60,927 bases of DNA from a virus (IMGVR_UViG_3300017752_004703:1-60927); one strand, 5' to 3'; numbered from the stretch's first letter, positions 1-10,100 are shown. The notes: generated by a model not told the origin, from the sequence alone. A program made the numbers and translations.

Positions 1-1701
1 CCAGAAGATCCTATTTTTGCAGGAAAAGAAATACCAAGTCATACGTACTATAATACAATTATAGAGCATAGATGTATAGAGGCGTTTGATTTCTCGAGAG
101 TAAGTGGAGCTGTTGATTTTGGAGAAGGATGTTTTAGCAGAACATGGGCTGATGGAACTATGACCTTGCCAGAAGTCAATAGCTTGGGAGAAGGTGTATT
201 TTTCGGAGCAAATAGACTTAAAGAAGTAATATTCACAAGCTCTCCAAACTTAACAACATTGGCTGATTCAACATTTTCAAATTTAGCTAATTTGTCTGGT
301 GTTGTTTTCAATACAGAACTTACATCAATAGGTAATAACGTTTTTGAAAATTGTCCATCTCTTCTTGAGTTTGATATCCAATCTACACAGATAGAAAGCT
401 TAGGTGATGCAGTGTTTAAGGACTGCGTTAATTTGACTGATATTGAATTATGCAACGGAAGTATTACTACATTAGGCGATAATGTTTTTGAAAATTGCAC
501 AAGTATTGACAATCTTTATATATGTAACTCAATCACAACAGTAGGAAGTAATTTATTTTTAAATGCAAACATAAACGTATTAGATTACGATGTTAATACT
601 ACCGTTTTAGATCCATTCTTATTTAACGGGGCTACTATAGGCGATTTATCCTTGCCGACAACAACCATAGTAGTTAAAGAAGGTGTATTCCAAAATGCAA
701 TATTTGGACCAGATCCTTTTGATGGGTTGCCTAATGGAGTGGTTACCTTTGAAGATAGTGTGTTTAATCAAACACCTTTAAGTGGTATATTTATTCCTAC
801 ATCACTTAGCGGTTTAGCGAACACTACATTCAAAGACTCACCCAACCTTTCTGGTTTAGACTTTTCTTCGTGTAATTCACTTACTGGAATTGGAAATGAA
901 AACTTCATGAATTGTGATTCTATCACTGGTATTGTTTTACCTAATTCTTTACAGGTTATTGGTGACGGCAACTTCAAAGATAGTAATTTAATAGAAGAAA
1001 TAATTTTCCCATCATCTTTGGAATACATGGGAGACGAAAACTTCAGAAACTCTTCTGGTTTGGCTTATGTAGATTTATCAAATACGAATTTGATAGAAAT
1101 GGGAGATAGAAACTTCATAGAAGATACAAATTTAAAAACTATATTTGCTCTTAATTTGCCAGATAGTTTACAAATAATTGGAGATGAAAACTTTAAAGAA
1201 ATTAATCTTAACACTTTAAAACTGCCTACTGGATTAAAGATATTAGGAGATTCTAATTTTTATGATTCTCAGGGTTCGACTCTTCTCCCTTGGGGTGAGG
1301 GAGACCCTCCTATATTTAGCCTTCCAAGTGGTATTGAGAGTATAGGAAATTCAAACTGGGAAAGATCAGACGCAATACAAAAACTTAAAATAGATGAAGG
1401 TTTTTCTGGTTCGATAGGGGATCTTAACTGGAATTTGTGTAACCAAATGAGTGAGCTTCTAATAAAAACTACAGATTCTAACATGTCCATTGGAAGTGGT
1501 AATTTCACAGACTTAAATTTATTAGCAACAATTCAAATTGATTGTCCAGCATCTTGTTGGCAAGGTTTAGATAATTTTAGAGATTCTAAATCAGACATGA
1601 TAATTTATGTTAATTCAACTTATGCGGCTGGTTATGACGACATCTGGAGTGGAGCTCAAGCAGTGCCAAATGGAGCTACAATAACATCCTACACACCCTA
1701 A
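1..1701 (+). CDS. BspA-type leucine-rich repeat (LRR_5) protein, 5'-truncated
   Basis: The frame is open from base 1 (PEDPIFAGKEIPSH...) into the listed ORF at 160. It has ~23-aa repeats of the type LxxIGxxxFxxCxxL. Confidence 0.85.
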   Translation, partial: PEDPIFAGKEIPSHTYYNTIIEHRCIEAFDFSRVSGAVDFGEGCFSRTWADGTMTLPEVNSLGEGVFFGANRLKEVIFTSSPNLTTLADSTFSNLANLSGVVFNTELTSIGNNVFENCPSLLEFDIQSTQIESLGDAVFKDCVNLTDIELCNGSITTLGDNVFENCTSIDNLYICNSITTVGSNLFLNANINVLDYDVNTTVLDPFLFNGATIGDLSLPTTTIVVKEGVFQNAIFGPDPFDGLPNGVVTFEDSVFNQTPLSGIFIPTSLSGLANTTFKDSPNLSGLDFSSCNSLTGIGNENFMNCDSITGIVLPNSLQVIGDGNFKDSNLIEEIIFPSSLEYMGDENFRNSSGLAYVDLSNTNLIEMGDRNFIEDTNLKTIFALNLPDSLQIIGDENFKEINLNTLKLPTGLKILGDSNFYDSQGSTLLPWGEGDPPIFSLPSGIESIGNSNWERSDAIQKLKIDEGFSGSIGDLNWNLCNQMSELLIKTTDSNMSIGSGNFTDLNLLATIQIDCPASCWQGLDNFRDSKSDMIIYVNSTYAAGYDDIWSGAQAVPNGATITSYTP

Positions 1702-1706
1702 TAAAA

Positions 1707-4700
1707 ATGCCAAGAAACAGAACAATATATCAATCTGAATCAGTTTTTGTCAGTAATGACTTGGATTCTACTGATGTTTGGCAACACGCTGAAGTAGTAA
1801 GAGTACAAGAAGCTAGTTATGGTTTCTCGATGAATAAAACAGATGTCAATCAATATGGAAAAAGTAGTAGAATAGATCATATAAATTTAGAACTGCCTAC
1901 TGTTAATTTTGATATGTCTTACTTATTGGGCAATGGTTACAATGAGTCCGTTTTAGGTTTTGATATTAAAGAAGGTTATCAATTTGCAAAATCTCATTTA
2001 GAAAATAATAGCGGAAGAAATTTCTATATATTAACTTCTGAAGAAGGTCTTGATTCAAAATCTTTGGAGGTCGGAGATCCTTATAATTTAATAGGTATAG
2101 GTAATGCTTTTTTGACGAACTATTCTGTAGATATGTCTGTAGGTTCTTTGGCTAAAGTTGATCTGCAATACGAATGCTCAAATATAAATTCAATTCAAGG
2201 AATCGTAGAAGGCGAAGGTTTTTGGCTTACGCAGTTAAGTGGGGATAGTGCATCTATAAATCTAGATAAAGGAATACCTCATGATAAGAGAATCAAAATT
2301 ATTGCGCCTAAAGGTGATCTAGAAAATATACCTACTGCATTAAGACCTGGCGACATAACAATAAATTTTGAAGGTTTCGATTCTGAAAATTTATCGACCA
2401 TTAGTGGTAATGGTTCTTTCCATTTACAAAGCGCTAATTTATCTATTCCATTGTCTAGATCTGAACTAAAAAGATTAGGATCTAAAGGTGCATATGCAAG
2501 GGTTCTTGATTACCCTACAAAAGCTACTTTAAGCGTTAATTCTATAGTTAGTAATATTGAAGTTGTAGATCTTGCTGAATCTGTAAGAGGTTGTATAAAC
2601 AAATCTTTAAATAATGATATATCTATATTGGCTAAAGACTGTGATAAAGAAAATGCTATTATATGGAGGCTTAAAAATCCTGATTTATTATCAGAAAATT
2701 TCTCTTCTAATATTGGACCAAACAAATCTGTTGATCTTACTTTTGAGGTCGAAATAGGTAATCCAGACGACAACTCCATAGGAATACTTTGTAGTGGAGC
2801 TTCAGATAGAGATAACGAAGAAAGAGAAGATGACAACGATTACTATCCAACCAGAGTCTACGGCTATGATTATTCTGGATCCGCTGCTTATCTGGAGCAG
2901 GGAGTCTTTAGTGGCGAAAGCAACATACTTTTAGACTGGGAAATTGGTGACGTAGTTGACCGATGGAAGTATAACCAATTGATTACACCTACTTTCAATC
3001 CTAGATGGGGAAATTTAGATTTTATAAAAAGAATTGCTCCTGGAGGATCTACTGAATATATTGGCGATCAAGCTTTCACTAATTTAAAAGCAACAGGAGA
3101 ATTATATTTAACAAAAAATCTTACTGGTATTGGAACGAGTGTTTTTGAAAACACAGATATTGATTATCTTGTAGTTGGAGACGGGCTTCCAAAACTTCCT
3201 AGTAGATCTTTTTATAAATGCGATAACTTAAAAACAGTAAATACGGCAGATTCTATAACAGAAATAGGAGATTGGTGTTTTAGAGACAATACAAACTTAA
3301 CCGAATTTTATTTTAGCACAGGTTTAAGCGGCCTTGGACCTTACGCTTTTAACAGCTGCTCTTCTTTAGAAAAAGCAAATCTTTCTGGGTGTGATTCTTT
3401 GCAAGATATAAGTGGAAATACTTTCGAAGGATGCTCTTCTCTAGAAGAAGTAAGTTTGTCGGATTCTGTATTAACATTAGGAGATAATAGTTTTAAAAGT
3501 TGCACTTCATTAACTAATTTTAAATGGAGTTCAGGATTGCAAAGTGTGGGTTACAGATCTTTTCAGGGATGCTCAAGCTTGCTAGATCCTGTTTTTTATG
3601 ATACTTTAGAAATAATTGGAGAAGAAGCTTTTTCAGCTTGTTCATCTTTTGATTCTGTTACTATACCAGGAACAGTAACAGATTTTGGCGCTAACTCATT
3701 TAGAACATGTGGAGTAAAAAGTTTAGTATTAAACGAAGGCTTGTCTGAAATCGCAGAAACAGGTTTTTATAATTGTGCATTTTTAAAGAGTATAAGCTTT
3801 CCCGAAACTTTGTCATATATAAATCGATATTGTTTCAGCTATAACTATAGATTACAAAACCTTAATATACCAGACAATGTTTCTGGAATAGGGAGTCACG
3901 CATTCTATACTTGTTACTCGGCAGCTACTTCTCAGGAGTGTTTAGACGTTGTAAATTTTGGCAGTGGTCTTAAGTTTATTGAGGATCAAGCTTTTTATGG
4001 CAACGAATCACTAAGATCAGCCGATTTGCCAGAAAATATAGAATCAATAGGAGAGCAGTGTTTTAGAAATTGTGGTTTAAGCGGCTTTGTTAATCTCCCC
4101 GATTCTTTAAATTCAATAGGAAACAACGCTTTTGATAGTAATAATTATATTGAAAGTATTAATATAGGTGCTGGATTAACGACTCTTTCCAATAACTGTT
4201 TTGAAGAATGCACAAGCCTTTCAGGTGTGTTTATACCAGATTGGTTCGAAAGTCTTAATTACGGCGTATTTTTACGTTGCTATGATATAACTACAATAAG
4301 CCTGGGTAATGGTATAGAATATATAAATGACTATGCATTTGGTGACTGTAGGTCACTGACAGGTATAGATATTCCTTCTCAAATTACTGGTATTGGAAAT
4401 AACGCTTTTCGAACTGGACTAAATATAACTAACATTGGTTTAGTAGAAGGTTTGGAATATATTGGTAATTATGCTTTTAATAATTGCCGTTCTTTGACTG
4501 GGGTTTCATTCCCAAACACTTTGAGTGGTATTGGATCCAATGCGTTTTCTTCTTGTTTTGATTTAAGTGGTCAAATAATTTATACTCCGAACCTACAATC
4601 CGTAGGTACTTCTGCTTTTGCTAGCACAGATATATATGATATAGTATTTAATGATCACCCATCCTACAATAAAATAGAAGACTCTACATTCTCTAATTGT

Positions 4701-6416
4701 AGCCTTTTAACTGGTCTTAATTTAGTACCAAATATTACAGAAATAGGAAATAGCTCGTTTGCATCTTGCTCAATTTTGAGCGGAATTAACTTTAACGAAA
4801 CTATTACATCCATTGGAACTTCAGCTTTTTCTGATTGTTCAGACTTAAGCGGGGTGAGTTTTCCTGATAGTATCGAGTCTGTAGGCACTTCAGCTTTTTA
4901 TAGTTGTTCTGATTTGAGTTTTATTGATTTTAGCCAAAATAGTAATTATGATACAATAGCATCCTCTTGTTTTCAAAATTGCATATCTTTAACTAATGTT
5001 TTATTACCAAGCAATATAACCAGATTAGACAGCAGCTGTTTTAATGCATGTAATACTTTGGAATATATAGATTTAAATGTTTCTTTGGAATATATAGGAG
5101 ACAGTGCTTTTGAGGGCTGCTCGAAACTAAACAACATAGATCTGCCGAGTAGCTTGCTTACTATAGAAGACGATGCTTTTTTGTTTTGTTATGATTTAGA
5201 ATCTATGAGTGTTTTTCCAGAAAACCTTACTTTTATAGGAGACAATGCTTTCCAGTCTTGTGATTTATCTGGGGTCGAATCAATTTTAACTATACCAGAC
5301 AGTGTAACCTATATGGGACTTGAGGCTTTTAAAGGTAATTTAAATAATTTAAGCGGTGTAGTTCTAGGTTCTGGTTTAACTAATCTTAGGGCTGGCGTTT
5401 TCGAAAGTTGCACTAATCTAAGAGAGATAAATTTAGAAAATATAACATCCATAGAAGGCAGTGCTTTCAAAAGCTGCACAAGTTTAACTGGAGCCATAAT
5501 CCCTCCGACTATGCAGTCTATGGGTGCTAATGCTTTTCAATCCACGGCTATTGAAAATATAATAATACCAGATCCAATAACAGAAACAAGCAGTAGTTTG
5601 TGTTACGGTGCTCAGTATTTAACTGGTATAATTTCAGGATTAAATTTAATTACTATAGGTAACAATTCTTTTTACGGATGTGGCGCTTTAAGTGAATTTT
5701 ATGCAGAAGACAGCTTACGAACAATTAAGACTTCTGCATTTCAAAACTGTTCGTCAATGAGTGGTTTTGATTTAAATCAAATAACAGAACTGCAAAGTTC
5801 TGCATTTAAAAACTGTGACTCTCTACCTGAATTTATAGATATTCCAGATACTGTAACCATCATGGGAGACGCTGTTTTTGAAAACTGTACTAATACTACT
5901 GGTTTTTCTTGGAGTTCTGGTTACCATATAATAGAAGAAAAATCATTTAAAGGATGTAATAATATTCAAACTTTAGAGATACAAAGCCATATAACTGAAA
6001 TACATTCAGAAGCTTTTATGAATTGTACTTCTATAAGCGGAGTTACTTTCCCAGAAGGAATGCAATTTATAGGCGGGACATTGAGAGATTACAATGCTCT
6101 AAATGGAAGTTTTAAAGGTTGTATAGGAATAAGTGGAGAAGTTATACTTCCTGCTTCACTAACAACTTTGGGTCGTTACGCTTTCTACGACAGCAACCTT
6201 ATAAGCACTTTTAAATTTTATAGTACTGATGCTCCTCTTACAAGAGTGGATGCTTTTCCTCTAAAGTTTATCAACGACCCAAGTAATAATCCAATACACG
6301 CTCCTTCTGGATCTGAAGCTAGTTATGCTGGAGAAAGTTATACTCAATCTTCTAGCTCTTTCGGAAATAAAAGACCAGTTAATTGGGATTCTTTAAATAT
6401 AATTTTTGATTTATGA
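1707..6416 (+). CDS. Tail-tube-like N-terminal domain (~365 aa) fused to a long BspA/LRR_5 solenoid
   Basis: The beta-rich N-terminal region has an internal two-fold repeat and is followed by an acidic linker (DRDNEEREDDNDYY) and roughly 45 IGxxAFxxCxxL repeats. The tail-tube assignment is inferred. Confidence 0.7.
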   Translation: MPRNRTIYQSESVFVSNDLDSTDVWQHAEVVRVQEASYGFSMNKTDVNQYGKSSRIDHINLELPTVNFDMSYLLGNGYNESVLGFDIKEGYQFAKSHLENNSGRNFYILTSEEGLDSKSLEVGDPYNLIGIGNAFLTNYSVDMSVGSLAKVDLQYECSNINSIQGIVEGEGFWLTQLSGDSASINLDKGIPHDKRIKIIAPKGDLENIPTALRPGDITINFEGFDSENLSTISGNGSFHLQSANLSIPLSRSELKRLGSKGAYARVLDYPTKATLSVNSIVSNIEVVDLAESVRGCINKSLNNDISILAKDCDKENAIIWRLKNPDLLSENFSSNIGPNKSVDLTFEVEIGNPDDNSIGILCSGASDRDNEEREDDNDYYPTRVYGYDYSGSAAYLEQGVFSGESNILLDWEIGDVVDRWKYNQLITPTFNPRWGNLDFIKRIAPGGSTEYIGDQAFTNLKATGELYLTKNLTGIGTSVFENTDIDYLVVGDGLPKLPSRSFYKCDNLKTVNTADSITEIGDWCFRDNTNLTEFYFSTGLSGLGPYAFNSCSSLEKANLSGCDSLQDISGNTFEGCSSLEEVSLSDSVLTLGDNSFKSCTSLTNFKWSSGLQSVGYRSFQGCSSLLDPVFYDTLEIIGEEAFSACSSFDSVTIPGTVTDFGANSFRTCGVKSLVLNEGLSEIAETGFYNCAFLKSISFPETLSYINRYCFSYNYRLQNLNIPDNVSGIGSHAFYTCYSAATSQECLDVVNFGSGLKFIEDQAFYGNESLRSADLPENIESIGEQCFRNCGLSGFVNLPDSLNSIGNNAFDSNNYIESINIGAGLTTLSNNCFEECTSLSGVFIPDWFESLNYGVFLRCYDITTISLGNGIEYINDYAFGDCRSLTGIDIPSQITGIGNNAFRTGLNITNIGLVEGLEYIGNYAFNNCRSLTGVSFPNTLSGIGSNAFSSCFDLSGQIIYTPNLQSVGTSAFASTDIYDIVFNDHPSYNKIEDSTFSNCSLLTGLNLVPNITEIGNSSFASCSILSGINFNETITSIGTSAFSDCSDLSGVSFPDSIESVGTSAFYSCSDLSFIDFSQNSNYDTIASSCFQNCISLTNVLLPSNITRLDSSCFNACNTLEYIDLNVSLEYIGDSAFEGCSKLNNIDLPSSLLTIEDDAFLFCYDLESMSVFPENLTFIGDNAFQSCDLSGVESILTIPDSVTYMGLEAFKGNLNNLSGVVLGSGLTNLRAGVFESCTNLREINLENITSIEGSAFKSCTSLTGAIIPPTMQSMGANAFQSTAIENIIIPDPITETSSSLCYGAQYLTGIISGLNLITIGNNSFYGCGALSEFYAEDSLRTIKTSAFQNCSSMSGFDLNQITELQSSAFKNCDSLPEFIDIPDTVTIMGDAVFENCTNTTGFSWSSGYHIIEEKSFKGCNNIQTLEIQSHITEIHSEAFMNCTSISGVTFPEGMQFIGGTLRDYNALNGSFKGCIGISGEVILPASLTTLGRYAFYDSNLISTFKFYSTDAPLTRVDAFPLKFINDPSNNPIHAPSGSEASYAGESYTQSSSSFGNKRPVNWDSLNIIFDL

Positions 6417-6586
6417 ATATAAAACCATCACTAAAACAAAACAAGGAAACTGGAATATGGGAAGCTAATTACAAATCTGAATTTGGTCAAGAGTTCAAAA
6501 CCCTAGGCCATTCTGCAGGAGAAGCTATTCAATCATGGTATAAAGCATATGGTAGAAAATTTGGAGTAATAAAAGGCGGCGGATGA
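6413..6586 (+). CDS. Small hypothetical protein (57 aa), not in ORF track
   Basis: ATGA overlap with the upstream stop codon; MNIKPSLKQNKETGIWEANYKSEFGQEFKTLGHSAGEAIQSWYKAYGRKFGVIKGGG*. Confidence 0.6.
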   Translation: MNIKPSLKQNKETGIWEANYKSEFGQEFKTLGHSAGEAIQSWYKAYGRKFGVIKGGG

Positions 6587-6617
6587 TGTGGCTCTAAATA
6601 AAGTCGGTCTGACTTAA

Positions 6618-7007
6618 TTAATCAAAATCCACGTTAATTTGACTATTCTTTTTAGCTACGTCTTTCATTTGGTCCATGTGTTTGGCTCCATTTCTTTTGC
6701 TTGAGTAATCCTTGTAGTAATTCTCTTTTATTGGATCTACGCCTCCATTTTTTTCAGCCCTTTGATAACTTAAATCTTTACTGTAGTCCATCATATCTCC
6801 CATAGAGCCTTTTTTATTAGCTGTTTTGTTTATAAAATCTTTAGAGCTGTGAGGGTCGATCTGAGAGTCTATTGATGCATTTGGTACAGTGAATACTCTT
6901 TTCCATTCAAGCCCATCAGAATCGAAGTATACATGCTTGTCGTTCATTCCCTGGACTTCTTCTCTGTACTCTTCTTGATTGGGGTGTTTGTAAGTATAAA
7001 TAGGCAT
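6618..7007 (-). CDS. FmdB-like (MPxYxY) phage protein lacking the zinc-ribbon cysteines
   Basis: N-terminus MPIYTYKHP...WKRVFTVP; no Cys in the protein; GTGTA motif upstream. Confidence 0.55.
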   Translation of the reverse strand: MPIYTYKHPNQEEYREEVQGMNDKHVYFDSDGLEWKRVFTVPNASIDSQIDPHSSKDFINKTANKKGSMGDMMDYSKDLSYQRAEKNGGVDPIKENYYKDYSSKRNGAKHMDQMKDVAKKNSQINVDFD

Positions 7008-7024
7008 AAACTATAATACACAAA

Positions 7025-7050
7025 CGGGCGTAGTTTTTCAACTACACCCG
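7025..7050 (-). terminator. Intrinsic terminator-like hairpin after hsp20
   Basis: Minus strand reads CGGGTGTAGTT-GAAA-AACTACGCCCG-TTTG: an 11-bp stem with one G-U pair, a GNRA loop and a short U tract. Confidence 0.65.
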
Positions 7051-7078
7051 ATTGATTTATTTTTAATAAGTAAAGATA

Positions 7079-7396
7079 CTAATCAACTTTGATGTCCAAA
7101 GTTTTTTTAATTTCTTTTTTTGGCATTGTAATTGTCAACAAGCCGTCCGACATTTTAGACGAGATATCTTTCAGTGAAACTAAGTTATTAAGAGAAACTC
7201 GACATGGGGGTTTCTTTCTATCGCCTTTTTCTGCTTTAACTGTTAAGATCTGGTCTGAAACTGTAATTTTTAAATCCTTTTTAGAAAATCCAGGAAGTTC
7301 AAATTCCACAGTATAAACGTCACCACTGCTTTTAACCAAGTTTGTATCCTGGTAAGCCCTGTCAATATTCAATAGTTCATTAATGATTGATGTCAT
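7079..7396 (-). CDS. Small heat shock protein (Hsp20/alpha-crystallin)
   Basis: YTVEFELPGFSKKDLKITVSDQILTVKAE...MSDGLLTITMPK and the C-terminal IxV motif (DIKVD). Confidence 0.9.
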   Translation of the reverse strand: MTSIINELLNIDRAYQDTNLVKSSGDVYTVEFELPGFSKKDLKITVSDQILTVKAEKGDRKKPPCRVSLNNLVSLKDISSKMSDGLLTITMPKKEIKKTLDIKVD

Positions 7397-7408
7397 AATA
7401 TGTTCTTA

Positions 7409-7426
7409 TTGCAAGCGTTGTGCCAA
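7409..7426 (-). promoter_or_regulatory. Sigma-54 (-24/-12) promoter upstream of hsp20
   Basis: Minus strand TTGGCACAACGCTTGCAA gives TGGCAC-N5-TTGCA with exact GG-N10-GC spacing, ending about 13 nt before the ATG. Confidence 0.7.
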
Positions 7427-8497
7427 TTAAGAATCGTTGGAAATACAAGACAAAATGCCATCAACTGTTTTTGAATAGGTAAATTTGTCCGATAATTTTT
7501 GTCCCTCTGAGTTAATTTGTCCCACTTTAGCTTCTGCTTTTTCCATAGCACTAACTACATCGTCAGGATTCCAATTATAAAAGATACCTTGATTAAATGG
7601 AGCTCCTTTCATGAAGAACTTACCATCCTGTACATCCATATATCCAGACGACTCAACAAGAATTGAATTATCTTTATTAGCCCAGTCTTTATGAGATGTT
7701 TCGTTAAGAACAATGCTCCATTTACCTAGACATGTAGCATTGAAGGAAGGAAGATTCCACCCTTCACCGCCAGATAGTCCAGTTAAATCAATATCCACAG
7801 CATTAAGGAACTCATTAACTTCTTTATTTGTTTTTAGGTAAGGCAAAAAATTAACATTGTTAATTCTATGACCTCCTAGAGTATTGGCAATAATATGAGA
7901 CATCTCTTCTTCTTTGAAGAAAGGGTTAGTCACACAGCAAGTTAATTGATACTTGTTATTATTACCATATTTTTTAATCCATGTTTGAATTATTTTGGCT
8001 GTATGTTTTCTGTTCTCAAATTTGCCCATTAAACCAAAATGAACAACATCTTCTAAATAGCTTTTGTCTGTTCTTTTAAATTCAGGGTCCAAACCAAGAG
8101 GAACGTATGCACTTTTAAATTGATCAGCAGCATAGCTGGAACTAAAAATTGTTTTAGTTTGAGCATTGCAGAGAGACTTTTCAATATCTGTTGGCTCACT
8201 ACACTCGTAGAATGTATAAAGATATTGGTTTGCGTTTTTTCTGTTTTCAGAACCATTCAAATGCCATACTTTGAGAGATGGAATATCGCTAGAGAGGAAA
8301 TCGAATCTCTTATTTATAGAATCTTGAAAAAACGACCTGTCATCTTCGCTGAGATCATAAGCAGATAAATCGATACTCGATTCATTCATAGGCCAGATAG
8401 CAATATCATGACCTTTACTCCTGAGTTCCTTGATAATGTTTACGGAAACATTACCAAGGCTCAGTGAGTTTAGAGGTGCGTCTACTAAGATTTTCAT
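7427..8497 (-). CDS. GT-B fold glycosyltransferase (GT4-like)
   Basis: GKFENRKH and SGGEGWNLPSFNATCLGK resemble the GT4 E-G-F-G-L-P-x-x-E region. Confidence 0.75.
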   Translation of the reverse strand: MKILVDAPLNSLSLGNVSVNIIKELRSKGHDIAIWPMNESSIDLSAYDLSEDDRSFFQDSINKRFDFLSSDIPSLKVWHLNGSENRKNANQYLYTFYECSEPTDIEKSLCNAQTKTIFSSSYAADQFKSAYVPLGLDPEFKRTDKSYLEDVVHFGLMGKFENRKHTAKIIQTWIKKYGNNNKYQLTCCVTNPFFKEEEMSHIIANTLGGHRINNVNFLPYLKTNKEVNEFLNAVDIDLTGLSGGEGWNLPSFNATCLGKWSIVLNETSHKDWANKDNSILVESSGYMDVQDGKFFMKGAPFNQGIFYNWNPDDVVSAMEKAEAKVGQINSEGQKLSDKFTYSKTVDGILSCISNDS

Positions 8498-8869
8498 TTA
8501 AAATGGGATCTCTTCGTCAACCGAACCTGCGGTCACAGCTTGCTTACTCTCTGCTTTTGGGTCTGAATCATTTGATCCTCCAATAAACTGAAAGGTAGAG
8601 GCTGAAATAAACATCTTGTTGTACTTCTTGCCTTCTGACTCCCAAGAGGAATTTCTTAATTCACCTTGGATAATAATCGGTCTACCTTTGGTAAGGTACT
8701 GATTAGCTGTTTCTGCTTGCTTGTTCCAGAGCTCTGCGTCAATAAAACACGGCTCCTTAGCTCTTTTACCTGAGACGCAAAGTCTGATTTTACAAACCTT
8801 GTTATCTCCTACTTGTCTCATCTCTGGGTCTGATGCCAGATGACCTGCTGCTACTATTGTATTATACAT
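8498..8869 (-). CDS. ssb: Single-stranded DNA-binding protein
   Basis: GHLASDPEMR, WNKQAE..YLTKGRPIIIQGEL and the acidic C-terminal tail DEEIPF. Confidence 0.92.
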   Translation of the reverse strand: MYNTIVAAGHLASDPEMRQVGDNKVCKIRLCVSGKRAKEPCFIDAELWNKQAETANQYLTKGRPIIIQGELRNSSWESEGKKYNKMFISASTFQFIGGSNDSDPKAESKQAVTAGSVDEEIPF

Positions 8870-9434
8870 GATTTTCGTCTAATTTGTTTTTTACTTTTTT
8901 AATAAATCTGTCGTGGATGTTTATGCAACCTTGTATACTAAGATTAAGAATATTTGCGGCTACTTTCCACGGCACTAACTTAGTATTGCTTGTATTGTAT
9001 CTTATGTCAATGATTTTTTTAACTCTTTTATCTTTTTCTTGCTTAAGCATTGAATTAAAGATGTCGAAAGCTTCAATTTTGGAAAGTTTAACAAGGGAAT
9101 CCTCGTCATCAGATAAATCTGTATGTATATTTTCCAAAGGTACATTCTTTTTTTCTTTCCTGTTTATTTCGTTAAGGCACTTCCATTTAGTCTGGTTAGC
9201 CAGAAAAGTAGAGAACTTGCTGTTTTTGCTAGGATCATAATCTAAAGCAGATTTATATATCATATAATCCTTATCATCTATAATAGACTTCTTGTTTATA
9301 TTGATACGATCATTCTTTGAGTATTGATCTACTATGTAGACGTAGATACCAGAATGTCTGTTTATTAATTCAGACAGACTTTTGTCGTCTTTAGATTCTT
9401 GTATTCTTTTTATAAGGGACAGGTCGCTTTCCAT
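8862..9434 (-). CDS. Phage RNA polymerase sigma factor-like protein
   Basis: Region 2-like DLSLIKRIQ..SLSELINRHSG...YDPSKNSKFSTFL and region 4-like helix-turn-helix PWKVAANILNLSIQGCINIH. Confidence 0.75.
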   Translation of the reverse strand: MESDLSLIKRIQESKDDKSLSELINRHSGIYVYIVDQYSKNDRININKKSIIDDKDYMIYKSALDYDPSKNSKFSTFLANQTKWKCLNEINRKEKKNVPLENIHTDLSDDEDSLVKLSKIEAFDIFNSMLKQEKDKRVKKIIDIRYNTSNTKLVPWKVAANILNLSIQGCINIHDRFIKKVKNKLDENHV

Positions 9435-10000
9435 AATTTAAATGTGGCTTCGTTTATTAGTTTATCCATTATTTCAACAGATGTCAATCTTAATATGCTT
9501 TTATCTTCAAAGTTTCCAAATGTGAAATTAAGATCCACATCATCCTTTAAGAGAAGATTATAGGTTTTTTCGTATTCATTTGCGGGCTCTATACCATCTC
9601 TTTCTATAAACACAGAGAGACCTTCGTTTTGTTTAACCCACTTAAGTTCGTTTGGAAACCTCAAGTCTGTAATTATGTTAACAGATTTATCACATAAGTT
9701 TTTTTCAAGTTTGTTTATCCATGTATTATCATCTATAGTTCTCATTACATCTGTGCCCCAGCAAACAAGAAATGGTCTTATGATTTTCTTTTCTTCATCG
9801 TCTTCGGTAAAAGCAGAAATTCCAGTTTGTTCCAAAAGAAAACTGTTTACTGATTCTTTCAACTCATTAGCAAAGGAGACGACTTTTGTTTTTATACCTA
9901 TGCCCTCAAATATATCGGACATATTTTCAGCAAGAGTATCTTTTCCACACCTAGCATTACCAGAAATAGAAATTATTTTGTTATTATACATTGAACTCAT
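9410..10000 (-). CDS. Deoxynucleoside monophosphate kinase-like P-loop kinase
   Basis: ISGNARCGKDT P-loop, SFANELK, RPFLVCWGTDVMR and IITDLRFPNE motifs. Confidence 0.75.
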   Translation of the reverse strand: MSSMYNNKIISISGNARCGKDTLAENMSDIFEGIGIKTKVVSFANELKESVNSFLLEQTGISAFTEDDEEKKIIRPFLVCWGTDVMRTIDDNTWINKLEKNLCDKSVNIITDLRFPNELKWVKQNEGLSVFIERDGIEPANEYEKTYNLLLKDDVDLNFTFGNFEDKSILRLTSVEIMDKLINEATFKLWKATCPL

Positions 10001-10007
10001 TTTTTGA

Positions 10008-10036
10008 ATGATACTGTATCAATAGTACAAAGTCAA
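10008..10036 (-). promoter_or_regulatory. Sigma70-like promoter (near-leaderless)
   Basis: TTGACT-N17-TATCAT, with the ATG 7 nt downstream. Confidence 0.65.
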
Positions 10037-10100
10037 GAAATTTTATTAAAAAACAATGCATTTCCTAAATGCTTTGCTTTGAGATATTTAAATATACTCT

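Noticed and set aside
48-5497. Minus-strand ORFs inside the LRR genes, and similar shadow ORFs across the window
   Set aside because: They lie antisense or out of frame within well-supported genes and have no recognisable motifs.
6413-6586. C-terminal GGG as a ubiquitin-like modifier for the JAB protease
   Set aside because: At 57 aa it is short for a beta-grasp fold, no E1/E2-like genes are seen, and the JAB is explained by the gpK/gpI tail module.
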